A DNA stretch of 64,000 nt from Squalus acanthias. Lineage: Eukaryota. Shown here one piece after another: positions 1 through 14,800 of this stretch. The notes under the pieces are model-generated. The model saw only the letters and a program-made list of their open reading frames with translations. It was not told where the DNA came from and did not search any database. The stretch covers positions 99,574,001-99,638,000 of the forward strand of contig CM059431.1 in NCBI GenBank assembly GCA_030390025.1, given 5' to 3'. A program made the translations under genes and the position numbers. How positions within the stretch are numbered: the stretch's first letter is position 1; each line of letters starts with the position of its first letter.

Positions 1-738
1 CATTTCCTAGACTGCACTAGTCTTTCACTGTGTTGAGAAAACAACTGACAGTGTCGCCTTTTTAAGAGCTTAGTCATCATTCTACTCGGAAGCAGTATCT
101 CATTCTTCCAGTAAATTGCTGATAAAACTGATTTATAATCTAAAGCCTCTGCTTTCCTCTTGTAGCCATGGTACTGGTACGACAGGTTTTGTGAATACAA
201 AGACTGTATTATTTCTCTTCATGTTGAATATATTCCTTGTTTGTAATGGGTGTCTTTTGCAAAGTGACTGAATCTTGTTTTTTTTGTTGATGTGGGTTTT
301 TGACAGGATTTTGATGATTGTGCTGCGATTAGTTGGGAGATCAATTCCCCCGCCCCCTCGCCCCACCCCTCGCCCCCGTATCACAACGTGAATCTATACA
401 CCAGAGTGAAAGCATTGGCGGGTAATTAGCTGAGCTGTACACCGATCGCAGCTGAGGCGGAGCTCGGGAAACATGTGAAAGTGGGCTTTGCGCCAGGAGA
501 CAAGAGGTATTTTTGTGAACGAGATTAACAGGATGTGCATGAGGTAAAGAACCAGGGAATGCGAATGAAGTTGGATTATTCACCGGGGAAATCAAGCATT
601 CAGTAATAGCATTTTGCAGGGAGTTTTATTTGCCCCAAGAGAGCCATGGCAAATTAATAGACAACCCCTGCAAAAGGCCACACAAACAGGTAGAGTTCAA
701 ATGTGTACCACAGGGACACTGAAAGCAACTAGTGAGAA

Positions 739-2312
739 AATATCCTTATACTGTCCCCAATATCCTTATACTGTCCCCCAATATCCTTATACTGTCCCCA
801 ATATCCTTATACTGTCCCCATTATCCTTATTTTGTCTCCCAATATCCTTATACTGTCCCCAATATCCTTATACTGTCCCCAATATCCTAATACAGTCCCC
901 AATATCCTTATACTGTCCCCTAATATCCTAATACTGTCCCCAATATCCTTATACTGTCCCCAATATCCTTATACTGTCCCCCAATATCCTTATACTGTCC
1001 CCAATATCCTTATACTGTTCCCAATATCCTTATACTGTACCCAATATCCTTATACTGTCCCCAATATGCTTATACTGTCACCTTTATCCTTATACTGGTC
1101 CCAATATCCTTATAATGTCCCCCAATATTCTTATACTGTCCCCCAATATCCTTCTACTCTCCCTCAATATCCTTATACTGTCCCTAATATCATTATATTG
1201 TCCCCAATATCCTTATACTGTCCCCAATATCCTTATACTGTCCCCCAATATCCTTATACTGTTCCCAATATCCTTATACTGTCCCCCAATATACTTATAC
1301 TGTCCCCAATATCCTTATACTGGTCCCAATATCCTTATAATGTCCCCCAATATTCTTATACTGTCCCCCAATATCCCTCTACTCTCCCTCAATATCCTTA
1401 TACTGTCCCTAATATCATTATATTGTCCCCAATATCCTTATACTGTCCCCAATATCCTTATACTGTCCCCCAATATCCTTATACTGTCCCCAATATCCTT
1501 ATACTGTCCCCAATATCCTTATACTGTCCCTAATATCATTATATTGTCCCCAATATCCTTATACTGTCCCCAATAGCCTTATACTGTCCCCCAATATCCT
1601 TATACTGTCCCCAATATCCTTATACTGTCCCCAATATCCTAATACTGTCCCCAATATCCTTATACTGTCCCCCAAAACCCTTATACTCTCCCCCAAAATC
1701 CTTATACTCTCCCCCAATATCCTTATACTGTTCCCAATATCCTTATACTGTTCCCAATATCCTTATACTGTCCCCCAATATACTTACACTGTTCCCAATA
1801 TCCTTATACTGTCCCCCAATATACTTATACTGTCCCCAATATCCTTATACTGTCCCCAATATCCTTATACTGTCCCCCAATATACTTATACTGTCCCCAA
1901 TATCCTTATACTGTCCCCAATATCCTTATACTGTACCCCAATAGACTTATACTGTCCCCAATATCCTTATACTGTCCCCAATATCCTTATACTGTACCCC
2001 AATAGACTTATACTGTCCCCAATATCCTTATACTGTCCCCAATATCCTTATACTGTCCCCAATATCCTTATACTGTCCCCAATATCCTTATACTGTCCCC
2101 CAATATCCTTATTCTCTCCCCCAATATCCTTATACTGTCCCCAATATCCTTATACTGTCCCCCAATATCCTTATTCTCTCCCCCAATATCCTTATACTGG
2201 TCCCAATATCCTTATACTGTACCCCAATATACTTATACTGTCCCCAGTATACTTATACTGTCCCCAATATCCTTATACTGTCCCCAATATCCTTATACTG
2301 TCCCCAATATCC
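739..2312. repeat. Tandem array, 20-21 bp unit AATATCCTTATACTGTCCCC(C), truncated by an assembly gap
   Basis: Directly visible tandem unit. The ORFs at 614-1576 are just translations of it. Confidence 0.97.
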
Positions 2313-2812
2313 NNNNNNNNNNNNNNNNNNNNNNNNNNNNNNNNNNNNNNNNNNNNNNNNNNNNNNNNNNNNNNNNNNNNNNNNNNNNNNNNNNNNNNNN
2401 NNNNNNNNNNNNNNNNNNNNNNNNNNNNNNNNNNNNNNNNNNNNNNNNNNNNNNNNNNNNNNNNNNNNNNNNNNNNNNNNNNNNNNNNNNNNNNNNNNNN
2501 NNNNNNNNNNNNNNNNNNNNNNNNNNNNNNNNNNNNNNNNNNNNNNNNNNNNNNNNNNNNNNNNNNNNNNNNNNNNNNNNNNNNNNNNNNNNNNNNNNNN
2601 NNNNNNNNNNNNNNNNNNNNNNNNNNNNNNNNNNNNNNNNNNNNNNNNNNNNNNNNNNNNNNNNNNNNNNNNNNNNNNNNNNNNNNNNNNNNNNNNNNNN
2701 NNNNNNNNNNNNNNNNNNNNNNNNNNNNNNNNNNNNNNNNNNNNNNNNNNNNNNNNNNNNNNNNNNNNNNNNNNNNNNNNNNNNNNNNNNNNNNNNNNNN
2801 NNNNNNNNNNNN
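2313..2812. other. Assembly gap (500 N)
   Basis: Run of exactly 500 N, a round number typical of a scaffolding placeholder. Confidence 0.99.
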
Positions 2813-5800
2813 GGATTCATTGATTGCTATAGGATTCACTGTTTGTTATAGGATTCACTGATTGTTATAGGATTCACTGATTGTTATAGGAATCAATGAT
2901 TGTTGTAGGATTCACTAATTGTTATAGGATTCGCTGATTGATACAGCATTCACTGGTTGTTATAGGATTCACTGAGGTTTATAGGATTCACTGATTGTTA
3001 TAGGATTCACCAATTGTGATAGGATTGACTGATTCTTATAGGATTCGCTGATTGTTATAGGTTTCAGCGATGGTTATAGGATTCGCCGATTGTTATAGGA
3101 TTCACCGATAGTTATAGGATTCACCGATTGTTTTAGGATTCAACAATTGTAATAGGAATCGCTGATTGTTATAGGATTCACTGATTGTTATAGGAGTCAC
3201 TGATTGTTATAGGATTCACTGATTGTTATAGGATTCATTGTATCTTGTTGGATTTGCTGATTGTCATAGGATTCACCCATTGTTATAGGATTTGCCTATT
3301 GTTATAGGATGCACCGATTGTTATAGAATTCAACGATTGTTATAGGATTCACTGATTGTTATAGGATTCACTGATTGTTATTGGATTCAATGATTGTTAT
3401 CGGATTCACTGATTGTTATAGGTTTCACTAATTGTTATAGGATTCAACGATTGTTATAGGATTCACTGATTGTTATAGTATTCACCGATTGTTATACGAT
3501 TCACTGATTGTTATATTATTCACTGATTGTTATAGGAATCAATGATTGTTGTAGGATTCACCAATTGTTATAGGATTCGCTGATTGATACAGGATGCACT
3601 GATTGTTCTAGGATTCACTGATTTTTATAGGATTCACTGATTGTTACAGGATTCATTGATTGTTATAGGATTCACCGATTGTTATAGGATTCACTAATTG
3701 TTATAGGATTCACCCATTGTTGTATGATTCACTGATTGTTATAGGATTCACTAATTGTTATAGGATTCACGGATTGTTATAATAATCACTGATTGTTATA
3801 GGATTCACCCATTGTTGTATGATTCACTGATTGTTATAGGATTCACTGATTGTTATTTGAGTCACCGATTGTTATAGGATTCACCGATTGTTATAGGATT
3901 CAACGAATGTAATAGGAATTGCTGATTGTTATAGGATTCACTGATTGTTATAGGATTTACGGATTGTTATAGGATTCATTGAATGTTGTTGTATTTGCTG
4001 ATTGTCATAGGATTCACTGATTGTTATAGGATTTACGGATTGTTATAGGATTCATTGATTGTTGTTGTATTTGCTGATTGTCATAGGATTCACTGATTGT
4101 TATAGGATTTGCCGATTGTTATAGGATGCACCGATTGTTATAGGATTCAACGATTGTTATAGGATTCACTGATTGTTATAGGATTCACTGATTGTTATTG
4201 GATTCAATGATTGTTATCGGATTCACAGATTGTTATAGGATTCATTGATTGTTATAGGATTCACCGATTGTTATAGGTTTCACTAATTGTTATAGGATTC
4301 ACCGATTGTTATAGGATGCACCGATTGTTATACGATTCACCGATTGTTATAGGATTCACTGATAGTTATAGGATTCACTGAATGTTATTGGATTCAATGA
4401 TTGTTATCGGATTCACTGATTGTTATAGGATTCACTGATTGTTATAGGATTCACTGATTGTTATAGGATTCATTGATTGTTATAGGATTCACCGATTGTT
4501 ATAGGATTCACTAATTGTTATAGGATTCACCGATTGTTATAGGATTCACTGATTGTCATAGGATTCACCGATTGTTATAGGATTCACTGATTGTTATAGG
4601 ATTCACCGATTGTTATACGATTCACTGATTGTTATAGTATTCACTGATTGTTAAAGGAATCAATGATTGTTGTAGGATTCACCAATTGTAATATGATTCG
4701 CTGATTGATACAGGATGCACTGATTGTTATAAGATTCACCAATTTGTTATAGGATTCACCGATTGGTATAGGATTCACTGATTGTTATAGGATTCACTGA
4801 TTGTTATAGGATGCACTGATTGTTTTAGGATTCATTAATTGTTATAGGATTCACCGATTGTTATAGGATTCACTAATTGTTATAGGATTCACGGATGGTT
4901 ATAGGATTCACTGATTGTTATAGGATTCACCGATTGTTATAGGATTCACAGATTGTTATAGGATTCACCGATTTTTATACAATTCACTGATTGTTCTAGT
5001 ATTCACTGATTCTTATAGGAATCAATGATTGTTGTAGGATTCACCATTTTTTATAGGATTCGCTGATTGCTATAGGATTCACTGATTGTCACAGGATTCA
5101 CTGATTGTTAATGGATTCATCAATTGTTATAGAATTCTCTGATTGTTATAGGATTCACTGATTGTTATAGGATTCACTGATTGTGATAGGATTCGCTGAT
5201 TGTTATATGATTCGCTGATTGTTATTGGATTCACTGATTGTTATAGGATTCACCGATTGTTATAGGATTCACCGATTGTTATAGGATTCACCGATTGTTA
5301 TAGGATTCACCAATTGTTATTGGATTCACCGATTGTTATAGGATTCACCAATTGTTATACGATTCACCGATTGTTATAGGATTCACCGATTGTTATAGGA
5401 TTCACTGATTGTTATAGAATTCACTGATTGTTATACGATTCACTGATTGTTACAGGATTCACCGATTGTTATAGGATTCACCGATTGTTATAGGATTCAC
5501 CAATTGTTATAGGATTCACTGATTGTTATTGGATTCACCAATTGTTATAGGATTCACCGATTTTTATAGGTTTCAATGATTGTTATACGATTCGCTGATT
5601 ATTATAGTATTTGTTAATTGTTATAGGATTTGCTGATTGTTACTGGATTCACTGATTGTTGAAGGATTCACCGATTGTTAGAGGATTCGCCGATTGTTAT
5701 AGGATTCAACAATTGTTATAGGATTCACTGATTGTTATAGGATTCACCGATTGTTATAGGATTCAGCGATTGTTATAGGATTCACCGATTGTTATTGGAT

Positions 5801-8800
5801 TCAACAATTGTTATAGAATTCACTGATTGTTATAGGATTCACTGATTGTTATAGGATTCACTGATTGTTATAGGATTCACTGTTTGTTATAGGATTCACT
5901 GGTTGTTATAGGATTCACTGATTGTTATAGGATTCTTAGATTGTTATAGGATTCACCAATTTTTATAGGATTCACAGATTGTTATAGGATTCACTGATTG
6001 TTGTTGGATTTTCTGATTGTCATAGGTTTCACCGATTGTTATAGGATTCGCCGATTGTTATAGAATGCACCGATTGTTATAGGATTCATCGATTGTTATA
6101 GGATTCACTTATTGTTATTGGATTCAACAATTGTTATAGGATTCACTGATTGTTATAGGATTCGCTGATTGTTATAGGTTTCGCTGATTGTTATAGGATT
6201 CGCTGATTGTTATAGGATTCACCGATTGTTATTGGATTCACCGATTGTTATAGGATTCACCAATTGTTATAGGATTCACCGATTGTTATAGGATTCACTG
6301 ATTGTTATAGGATTCACTGATTGTTATAGTATTCACCAATTGTTATAGGATTCACCGATTGTTATAGGATTCAGCGATTTTTATAGTATTCACTGATTGT
6401 AGGATTCACCAATTGTTATTGGATTCGCTGATTGATAGAGGATTCACCGATTGTTAATGGATTCATCAATCATTATAGAATTCTCAGATTGTTATAGGAT
6501 TTACCGATTGTGATAGGATTAGCTGGTTGTTATAGGATTTGAAGATTGTTATAGAATTTGCTGATTGTTATTGGATTCATCGATTGTTATAGGATTCACG
6601 AATTGTTATAGGATTCACCGATTTTTATACGATTCACCGATTGTTATAGGATTCACTGATTGTTATAGGATTCGCCGATTGTTATAGGATTCACCGATTG
6701 TTATAGGATTCACCAATTGTGATAGGATTCACCGATTTTTAAAGGTTTCAATGATTGATATAGGATTCGCTGATTATTATAGGATTTGTTTATTGTTATA
6801 GGATTCGCTGATTATTATTGGATTCACTGATTGTTGAAGGATTCACCGATAGTTAAAGGATTCAATGATTGTTATAGGATTCACTGATTGTTGTTGGATT
6901 CACCGATTGTTAGAAGATTCGCCGATTGTTATAGGATTCAACAATTGTTATAGGATTCACTGATTGTTATAGGATTCACTGATTGTTATAGGATACACTG
7001 ATTGTTATAGGATTCAGCAATTGTTATAGGATTCACCAATTGTTAAAGGATTCACCGATTGTTATAGGATTCACCGATTGTTATTGATTCACCGATTGTT
7101 ATAGGATTCACTGATTGTTATAGGATTCACTGATTGTTATAGGATTCATTGATTGTTATAGGATTCATGATTGTTACAGGATTCACCGATTGTTATAGGA
7201 TTCACTGATTGTTATAGGATTCACTGATTGTTATAGGATTCACTGATTGTTATAGGATTCACCTGATTGTTATAGGATTCACCGATTGTTATAGGATTCA
7301 CCGATTGTTATAGGATTCACTGATTGTTATAGGATTCACCGATTGTTATAGGATTCACTGATTGTTATAGGATTCACTGATTGTTATAGGATTCACCTGA
7401 TTGTTATAGGATTCACGATTGTTATAGGATTCACTGATTGTTATAGGATTCACTGATTGTTATAGGATTCACTGATTGTTATAGATTCACTGATTGTTAT
7501 AGGATTCACTGATTGTTATAGATTCAACGATTGTTATAGGATTCACTGATTTTTATAGGATTCACTGATTGTTATAGGATTTGCCAATTGTTATAGGATT
7601 CACTGATTGTTAAAGGATTCACTGATTTTTATAGGATTTGCCGATTGTTATAGGATTGACTGATTGTTATAGGATTCGCCGATTGTTATAGGATTGACTG
7701 ATTGTTATAGGATTCGCCGATTGTTATAGGATTTGCCGATTGTTATAGGATTCGCCGATTGTTATAGGTTTCACCGATTGTTATAGGATTTCTGATTGTT
7801 ATTGGATTCACCGATTGTTATAGGATTCATTGATTGTAGGATTTAGGTTTCACCGGTTGTTATAGGATTCACTGATTGATATAGGATTCACCGATTGTTA
7901 TAGTACTCGTTGATTGTTATAGGATTCACCAGTTGTCATAGGATTCACTGATTGTTATAGGATTCACCGATTGTTATAGGATTCACCAATTGTTATAGGA
8001 TTTGCCGATTGTTATAGGATTTGCCGATTGTTAAAGGATTCAATGATTGTTATAGGATTCATTGATTGTTGTAGGATTCACTGATTGTTATTGGATTTTC
8101 TGATTGTTATAGGATTCATTGATTGTTATAGGATTTGCCGATTGTTATAGGATTTGCCGATCGTTGTAGGATTTGCCGATTGTTATAGGATTCACTGATT
8201 GTTATAGGATTTGCCGATTGTTATACGATTCACCAGTTGTTATAGGATTCACCGATTGTTATAAGGTTCACTGATTGTTATAGGATTCACTGATTGTTAT
8301 AGGATTCATTGATTGTTATATGATTCACCGATTGTTATTGGATTCACTGATTTTTATATGATTCACCGATTGTTATAGCATTCACCGATTGTTATAGGAT
8401 TCACCGAATGTTATAGGATTCACCGATTGTTATAGGATTCACTGATTGTTATAGGATTCATTGATTGTTATAGGATTTGCCGATTGTTATAGAATTCACC
8501 AATTGTTATAGGATTCACTGATTGTTATAGGATTCATTGATTGTTATAGGATTTGCCGATTGTTATAGAATTCACCAATTGTTATAGGATTCACCGATTG
8601 TTATAGGATTCACTGATTGTTATATGATTCACCAATTGTTATAGGATTCACTGATTGTTATAGGATTCACCAATTGTTATAGGATTCACCGATTGTTATT
8701 GGATTCGCCAATTTTTATAGGATTCACTGATTGTTATAGATTCCGATTGTTATAGGATTCACTGATTGTTAAAGGATTCACTGATTTTTATAGGATTTGC

Positions 8801-11800
8801 CGATTGTTATAGGATTGACTGATTGTTATAGGATTGCCGATTGTTATAGGATTCACGATTGTTGTTGTATTTGCCGACTGTTATAGGATTCACAATTGTT
8901 ATAGGATTTGCCGATTGTTATACGATTCACCAGTTGTTATAGGATTCACCGATTGTTATAAGGTTCACCGATTGTTATAGGATTCACTGATTGTTATAGG
9001 ATTCATTGATTGTTATACGATTCACCGATTGCTATAGGATTCACTGATTTTTATATGATTCACCGATTGTTATAGGATTCACCAATTGTTATAGGATTCA
9101 CCGAATGTTATAGGATTCACCGATTGTTTTAGGATTCACCGATTGTTATAGGATTCAGTGATAGTTATAGGATTCATCGATTATTATATGATTCACTGAT
9201 TGTTATAGGATTCACCAATTGTTATAGGATTTGCAAATTGTTATAGGATTTGCCAATTGTTATAGGATTCATTGATTGTTATAGGATTCACCGATTGTTA
9301 TAGGATTCACTGATTGTTATAGTATTTGCCAATTGTTATAGGATTCACCCATTGTTATAGGATTCACTGATTGTTATAGGTTTTTCCTATTGTTATAGGA
9401 TTCGCCGATTGTTATAGGATTCACCAATTGTTATAGGATTTGCCAATTGTTATAGGATTCATCGATTGTTATAGGATTCGCCAATTGTTATAGGATTCAT
9501 CGATTGTTATAGGATTCACTGATTGTTATAGGATTCACTGATTGTTATAGGATTTGCCGATTGTTATAGGATTTGCCGATTGTTATAGTAGTCGCTGAAT
9601 GTTATAGGATACACCGATTGTTATAGCATTCAGCGATTGTTATAGCATTCACTGATTGTTATAGGATTCACTGATTGTTAAAGGATTTGCTGATTGTTAT
9701 TGGATTCACTGATTGTTACAGGATTCACTGATTGTTATAGGATTTATTGATTGTTATAGGATTCGCTGATTGTTATAGGATTCACTGATTGTTATAGGAT
9801 TCACTGATTGTTATAGGATTCGCTGATTGTTATAGGATTCGCCGATTGTTATAGGATTCACTGATTGTTATTGGATTCACTGATTGTTATAGGATTCACC
9901 TATTGTTGTAGGATTCACTGATTGTTATTGGATTCAGTGATTGTTATAGGATTCGCTGATTGTTATAGGATTCGCCGATTGTTATAGGATTCACCAATTG
10001 TTATAGGATTCACTGATTGTTATAGGATTAGCCAATTTTTATAGGATTCGCCGATTGTTATAGGATTCACCGATTGTTATAGGATTCAGCGATTGTTATA
10101 GGATTCAATGATTGTTATAGGATTCACTGATTGTTATAGGATTCGCTGATTGTTATATGATTTCACCGATTGTTATAGGATTCACCGATTGTTATAGGAT
10201 TCACTGATTGTTATCGGATTCGCCGATTGTTATAGGATTCGCTGATTGTTATAGGATTCACCGATTGTTATAGTATTCACCGATTGTTATAGTATTCACT
10301 GATTGTTATTGCATTCACCGATTGTTATATGATTCGCCGATTGTTATAGGATTCACTGATTGTTATAGGATTCGCCAATTGTTATTGAATTCACTGATTG
10401 TTATAGGATTCACCGATTGTTATAGGATTTCCTGATTGTTATTGGATTCACTGATTGTTATAGGATTCACTGATTGTTATAGGATTCACCGATTGTCATA
10501 GGATTCACTGATTGTTATAGGATTCACCGATTGTTATAGGATTCACCAATTGTTATAGGATTTCCCGATCGTTATAGGATTTGCCGATTGTTAAAGGATT
10601 CAATGATTGTTATAGGATTCATTGATTGTTATAGGATTCACTGATTGTTATTGGATTTTCTGATTGTTATAGGATTCATTGATTGTTATAGGATTTGCCG
10701 ATTGTTATAGGATTTGCCGATTGTTGTAGGATTTGCCGATTGTTATAGGATTCACCGATTGTTATAGGATTTGCCGATTGTTATACGATTCACCAGTTGT
10801 TATAGGATTCACCGATTGTTATAGGATTCATTGATTGTTATACGATTCACCGATTGTTATAGGATTCACTGATTTTTATATGATTCACCGATTGTTATAG
10901 GATTCACCGATTGTTATAGGATTCACCGAATGTTATAGGATTCACTGATTGTTATAGGATTCATTGATTGTTATATGATTCACCGATTGTTATAGGATTC
11001 GCCAATTGTTATAGGATTTGCCAATTGTTATAGGATTCATTGATTGTTATAGGATTCACCGATTGTTATAGGATTCACTGATTGTTATAGGATTTGCCAA
11101 TTGTTATAGGATTCACCCATTGTTATAGGATTCGCTGATTGTTATAGGTTTTGCTATTGTTATAAGATTTCCGATTATTATAGGATTCGCCGATTGTTAT
11201 AGGATTCGCCGATTGTTATAGGATTCATCGATTGTTATAAGGTTCACCGATTGTTATAGGATTCACTGATTGTTATAGGATTCACTGATTGTTATACGAT
11301 TCACCGATTGCTATAGGATGCACTGATTTTTATATGATTCACCGATTGTTATAGGATTCACCGATTGTTATAGGATTCACCGAATGTTATAGGATTCACC
11401 GATTGTTTTAGGATTCACCGATTGTTATAGGACTCACCGATTGTTATAGGATTCACTGATTGTTATAGGATTCACTGATTGTTATAGGATTCACTGATTG
11501 TTATAGCATTCACTGATTGTTATACGATTTGCTGATTGTTATAGGATTTGCCGATTGTTATAGAATTCACTGATTGTTTTAGGATTCACTGATTGTTATA
11601 GGATTCATTGATTGTTATAGGATTCAGCATTTGTTATAGGATTTACCGATTGTTATAGGCTTCAAAAATTGTTGGAGGATTTGCCGATAGTTATACGATT
11701 CGCCAGTTGTTATAGGATTCACTGATTGTTATAGGATTGATTGATTGTTATAGGATTCACTGATTGTTATAGGATTCACTGATTGTTATAAGATTCACCG

Positions 11801-14800
11801 ATTGTTATAGTATTTACCATTTGTTATAGGATTCACTGATTGTTATAGGATTCACCGATTGTTATAGGATTCACTGATTGTTATATGATTCACCAATTGT
11901 TATAGGATTCACTGATTGTTATAGGATTCACCAATTGTTATAGGATTCACCGATTGTTATTGGATTCGCCAATTTTTATAGGTTTCACTGATTGTTATAA
12001 GATTTGCCGATTGTTATAGGATTCACTGATTGTTAAAGGATTCACTGATTTTTATAGGATTTGCCGATTGTTATAGGATTGACTGATTGTTATAGGATTT
12101 GCCGATTGTTATAGGATTTGCCGATTGTTGTTGTATTTGCCGACTGTTATAGGATTCACCAATTGTTATAGGATTTGCCGATTGTTATACGATTCACCAG
12201 TTGTTATAGGATTCACCGATTGTTATAAGGTTCACCGATTGTTATAGGATTCACTGATTGTTATAGGATTCATTGATTGTTATACGATTCACCGATTGCT
12301 ATAGGATTCACTGATTTTTATATGATTCACCGATTGTTATAGGATTCACCAATTGTTATAGGATTCACCGAATGTTATAGGATTCACCGATTGTTTTAGG
12401 ATTCACCGATTGTTATAGGATTCAGTGATAGTTATAGGATTCATCGATTATTATATGATTCACTGATTGTTATAGGATTCACCAATTGTTATAGGATTTG
12501 CAAATTGTTATAGGATTTGCCAATTGTTATAGGATTCATTGATTGTTATAGGATTCACCGATTGTTATAGGATTCACTGATTGTTATAGTATTTGCCAAT
12601 TGTTATAGGATTCACCCATTGTTATAGGATTCACTGATTGTTATAGGTTTTTCCTATTGTTATAGGATTCGCCGATTGTTATAGGATTCACCGATTGTTA
12701 TAGGATTTGCCAATTGTTATAGGATTCATCGATTGTTATAGGATTCGCCAATTGTTATAGGATTCATCGATTGTTATAGGATTCACTGATTGTTATAGGA
12801 TTCACTGATTGTTATAGGATTTGCCGATTGTTATAGGATTTGCCGATTGTTATAGTAGTCGCTGAATGTTATAGGATACACCGATTGTTATAGCATTCAG
12901 CGATTGTTATAGCATTCACTGATTGTTATAGGATTCACTGATTGTTAAAGGATTTGCTGATTGTTATTGGATTCACTGATTGTTACAGGATTCACTGATT
13001 GTTATAGGATTTATTGATTGTTGTAGGATTCGCTGATTGTTATAGGATTCACTGATTGTTATAGGATTCACTGATTGTTATAGGATTCGCTGATTGTTAT
13101 AGGATTCGCCGATTGTTATAGGATTCACTGATTGTTATTGGATTCACTGATTGTTATAGGATTCACCTATTGTTGTAGGATTCACTGATTGTTATAGATT
13201 CAGTGATTGTTATAGGATTCGCTGATTGTTATAGGATTCGCCGATTGTTATAGGATTCACCAATTGTTATAGGATTCACTGATTGTTATAGGATTAGCCA
13301 ATTTTTATAGGATTCGCCGATTGTTATAGGATTCACCGATTGTTATAGGATTCAGCGATTGTTATAGGATTCAATGATTGTTATTGGATTCACTGATTGT
13401 TATAGGATTCGCTGATTGTTATATGATTTACCGATTGTTATAGGATTCACCGATTGTTATAGGATTCACTGATTGTTATCGGATTCGCCGATTGTTATAG
13501 GATTCGCTGATTGTTTTAGGATTCACCGATTGTTATAGTATTCACCGATTGTTATAGTATTCACTGATTGTTATTGCATTCACCGATTGTTATATGATTC
13601 GCCGATTGTAATAGGATTCACTGATTGTTATAGGATTCGCCAATTGTTATTGAATTCACTGATTGTTATAGGATTCACCGATTGTTATAGGATTTCCTGA
13701 TTGTTATTGGATTCACTGATTGTTATAGGACTCACTGATTCTTATAGGATTTAGGTTTCACCGGTTGTCATAGGATTCACTGATTGTTATAGGATTCACC
13801 GATTGTTATAGGATTCACCAATTGTTATAGGATTTCCCGATCGTTATAGGATTTGCCGATTGTTAAAGGATTCAATGATTGTTATAGGATTCATTGATTG
13901 TTATAGGATTCACTGATTGTTATTGGATTTCTGATTGTTATAGGATCATTGATTGTTATAGGATTTGCCGATTGTTATAGTATTCACTGATTGTTATAGG
14001 ATTTGCCGATTGTTATAGGATTCACCGATTGTTATAGGATTTGCCGATTGTTATCGATTCACCGATTGTTATAGGATTCACCGATTGTTATAGGATTCAC
14101 TGATTGTTATACGATTCACCGATTGTTATAGGATTCACTGATTGTTATAGGATTCACCGATTGTTATAGGATTCACCGATTGTTATAGGATTCACCGATT
14201 GTTATAGGATTCACTGATTGTTATAGGATTCACTGATTGTTATAGGATTCACCGATTGTTATAGGATTCACCAATTGTTATAGGATTCACAATTGTTATA
14301 GGATTCACTGATTGTTATAGGATTCACTGATTGTTATAGGATTCACTGATTGTTATAGGATTCCAGATTGTTATAGGATTCACGATTGTTATAGGATTCG
14401 CTGATTGTTATAGGATTCACTGATTGTTATAGGATTCACTGATTGTTATAGGATTCACCGATTGTTATAGGATTCGCCGATTGTTATAGGATTCACTGAT
14501 TGTTATAGGATTCACCGATTGTTATAGGATTCACTGATTGTTATAGGATTCACTGATTGTTATAGGATTCACTGATTGTTATAGGATTCACTGATTGTTA
14601 TAGGATTCACCGATTGTTATAGGATTCACCGATTGTTATAGGATTCACCGATTGTTATAGGATTCACCGATTGTTATAGGATTCACCGATTGTTATAGGA
14701 TTCACCGATTGTTATAGGATTCACGATTGTTATAGGATTCACTGATTGTTATAGGATTCACTGATTGTTATAGGATTCACTGATTGTTATAGGATTCGCT

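Noticed and set aside
614..1576. ORFs rich in YCPQYPYTVPNILILSP
   Set aside because: Translations of the 20-bp array in several frames, with no gene structure.
2273..2839. ORFs of 175-188 aa
   Set aside because: They consist of the N gap.
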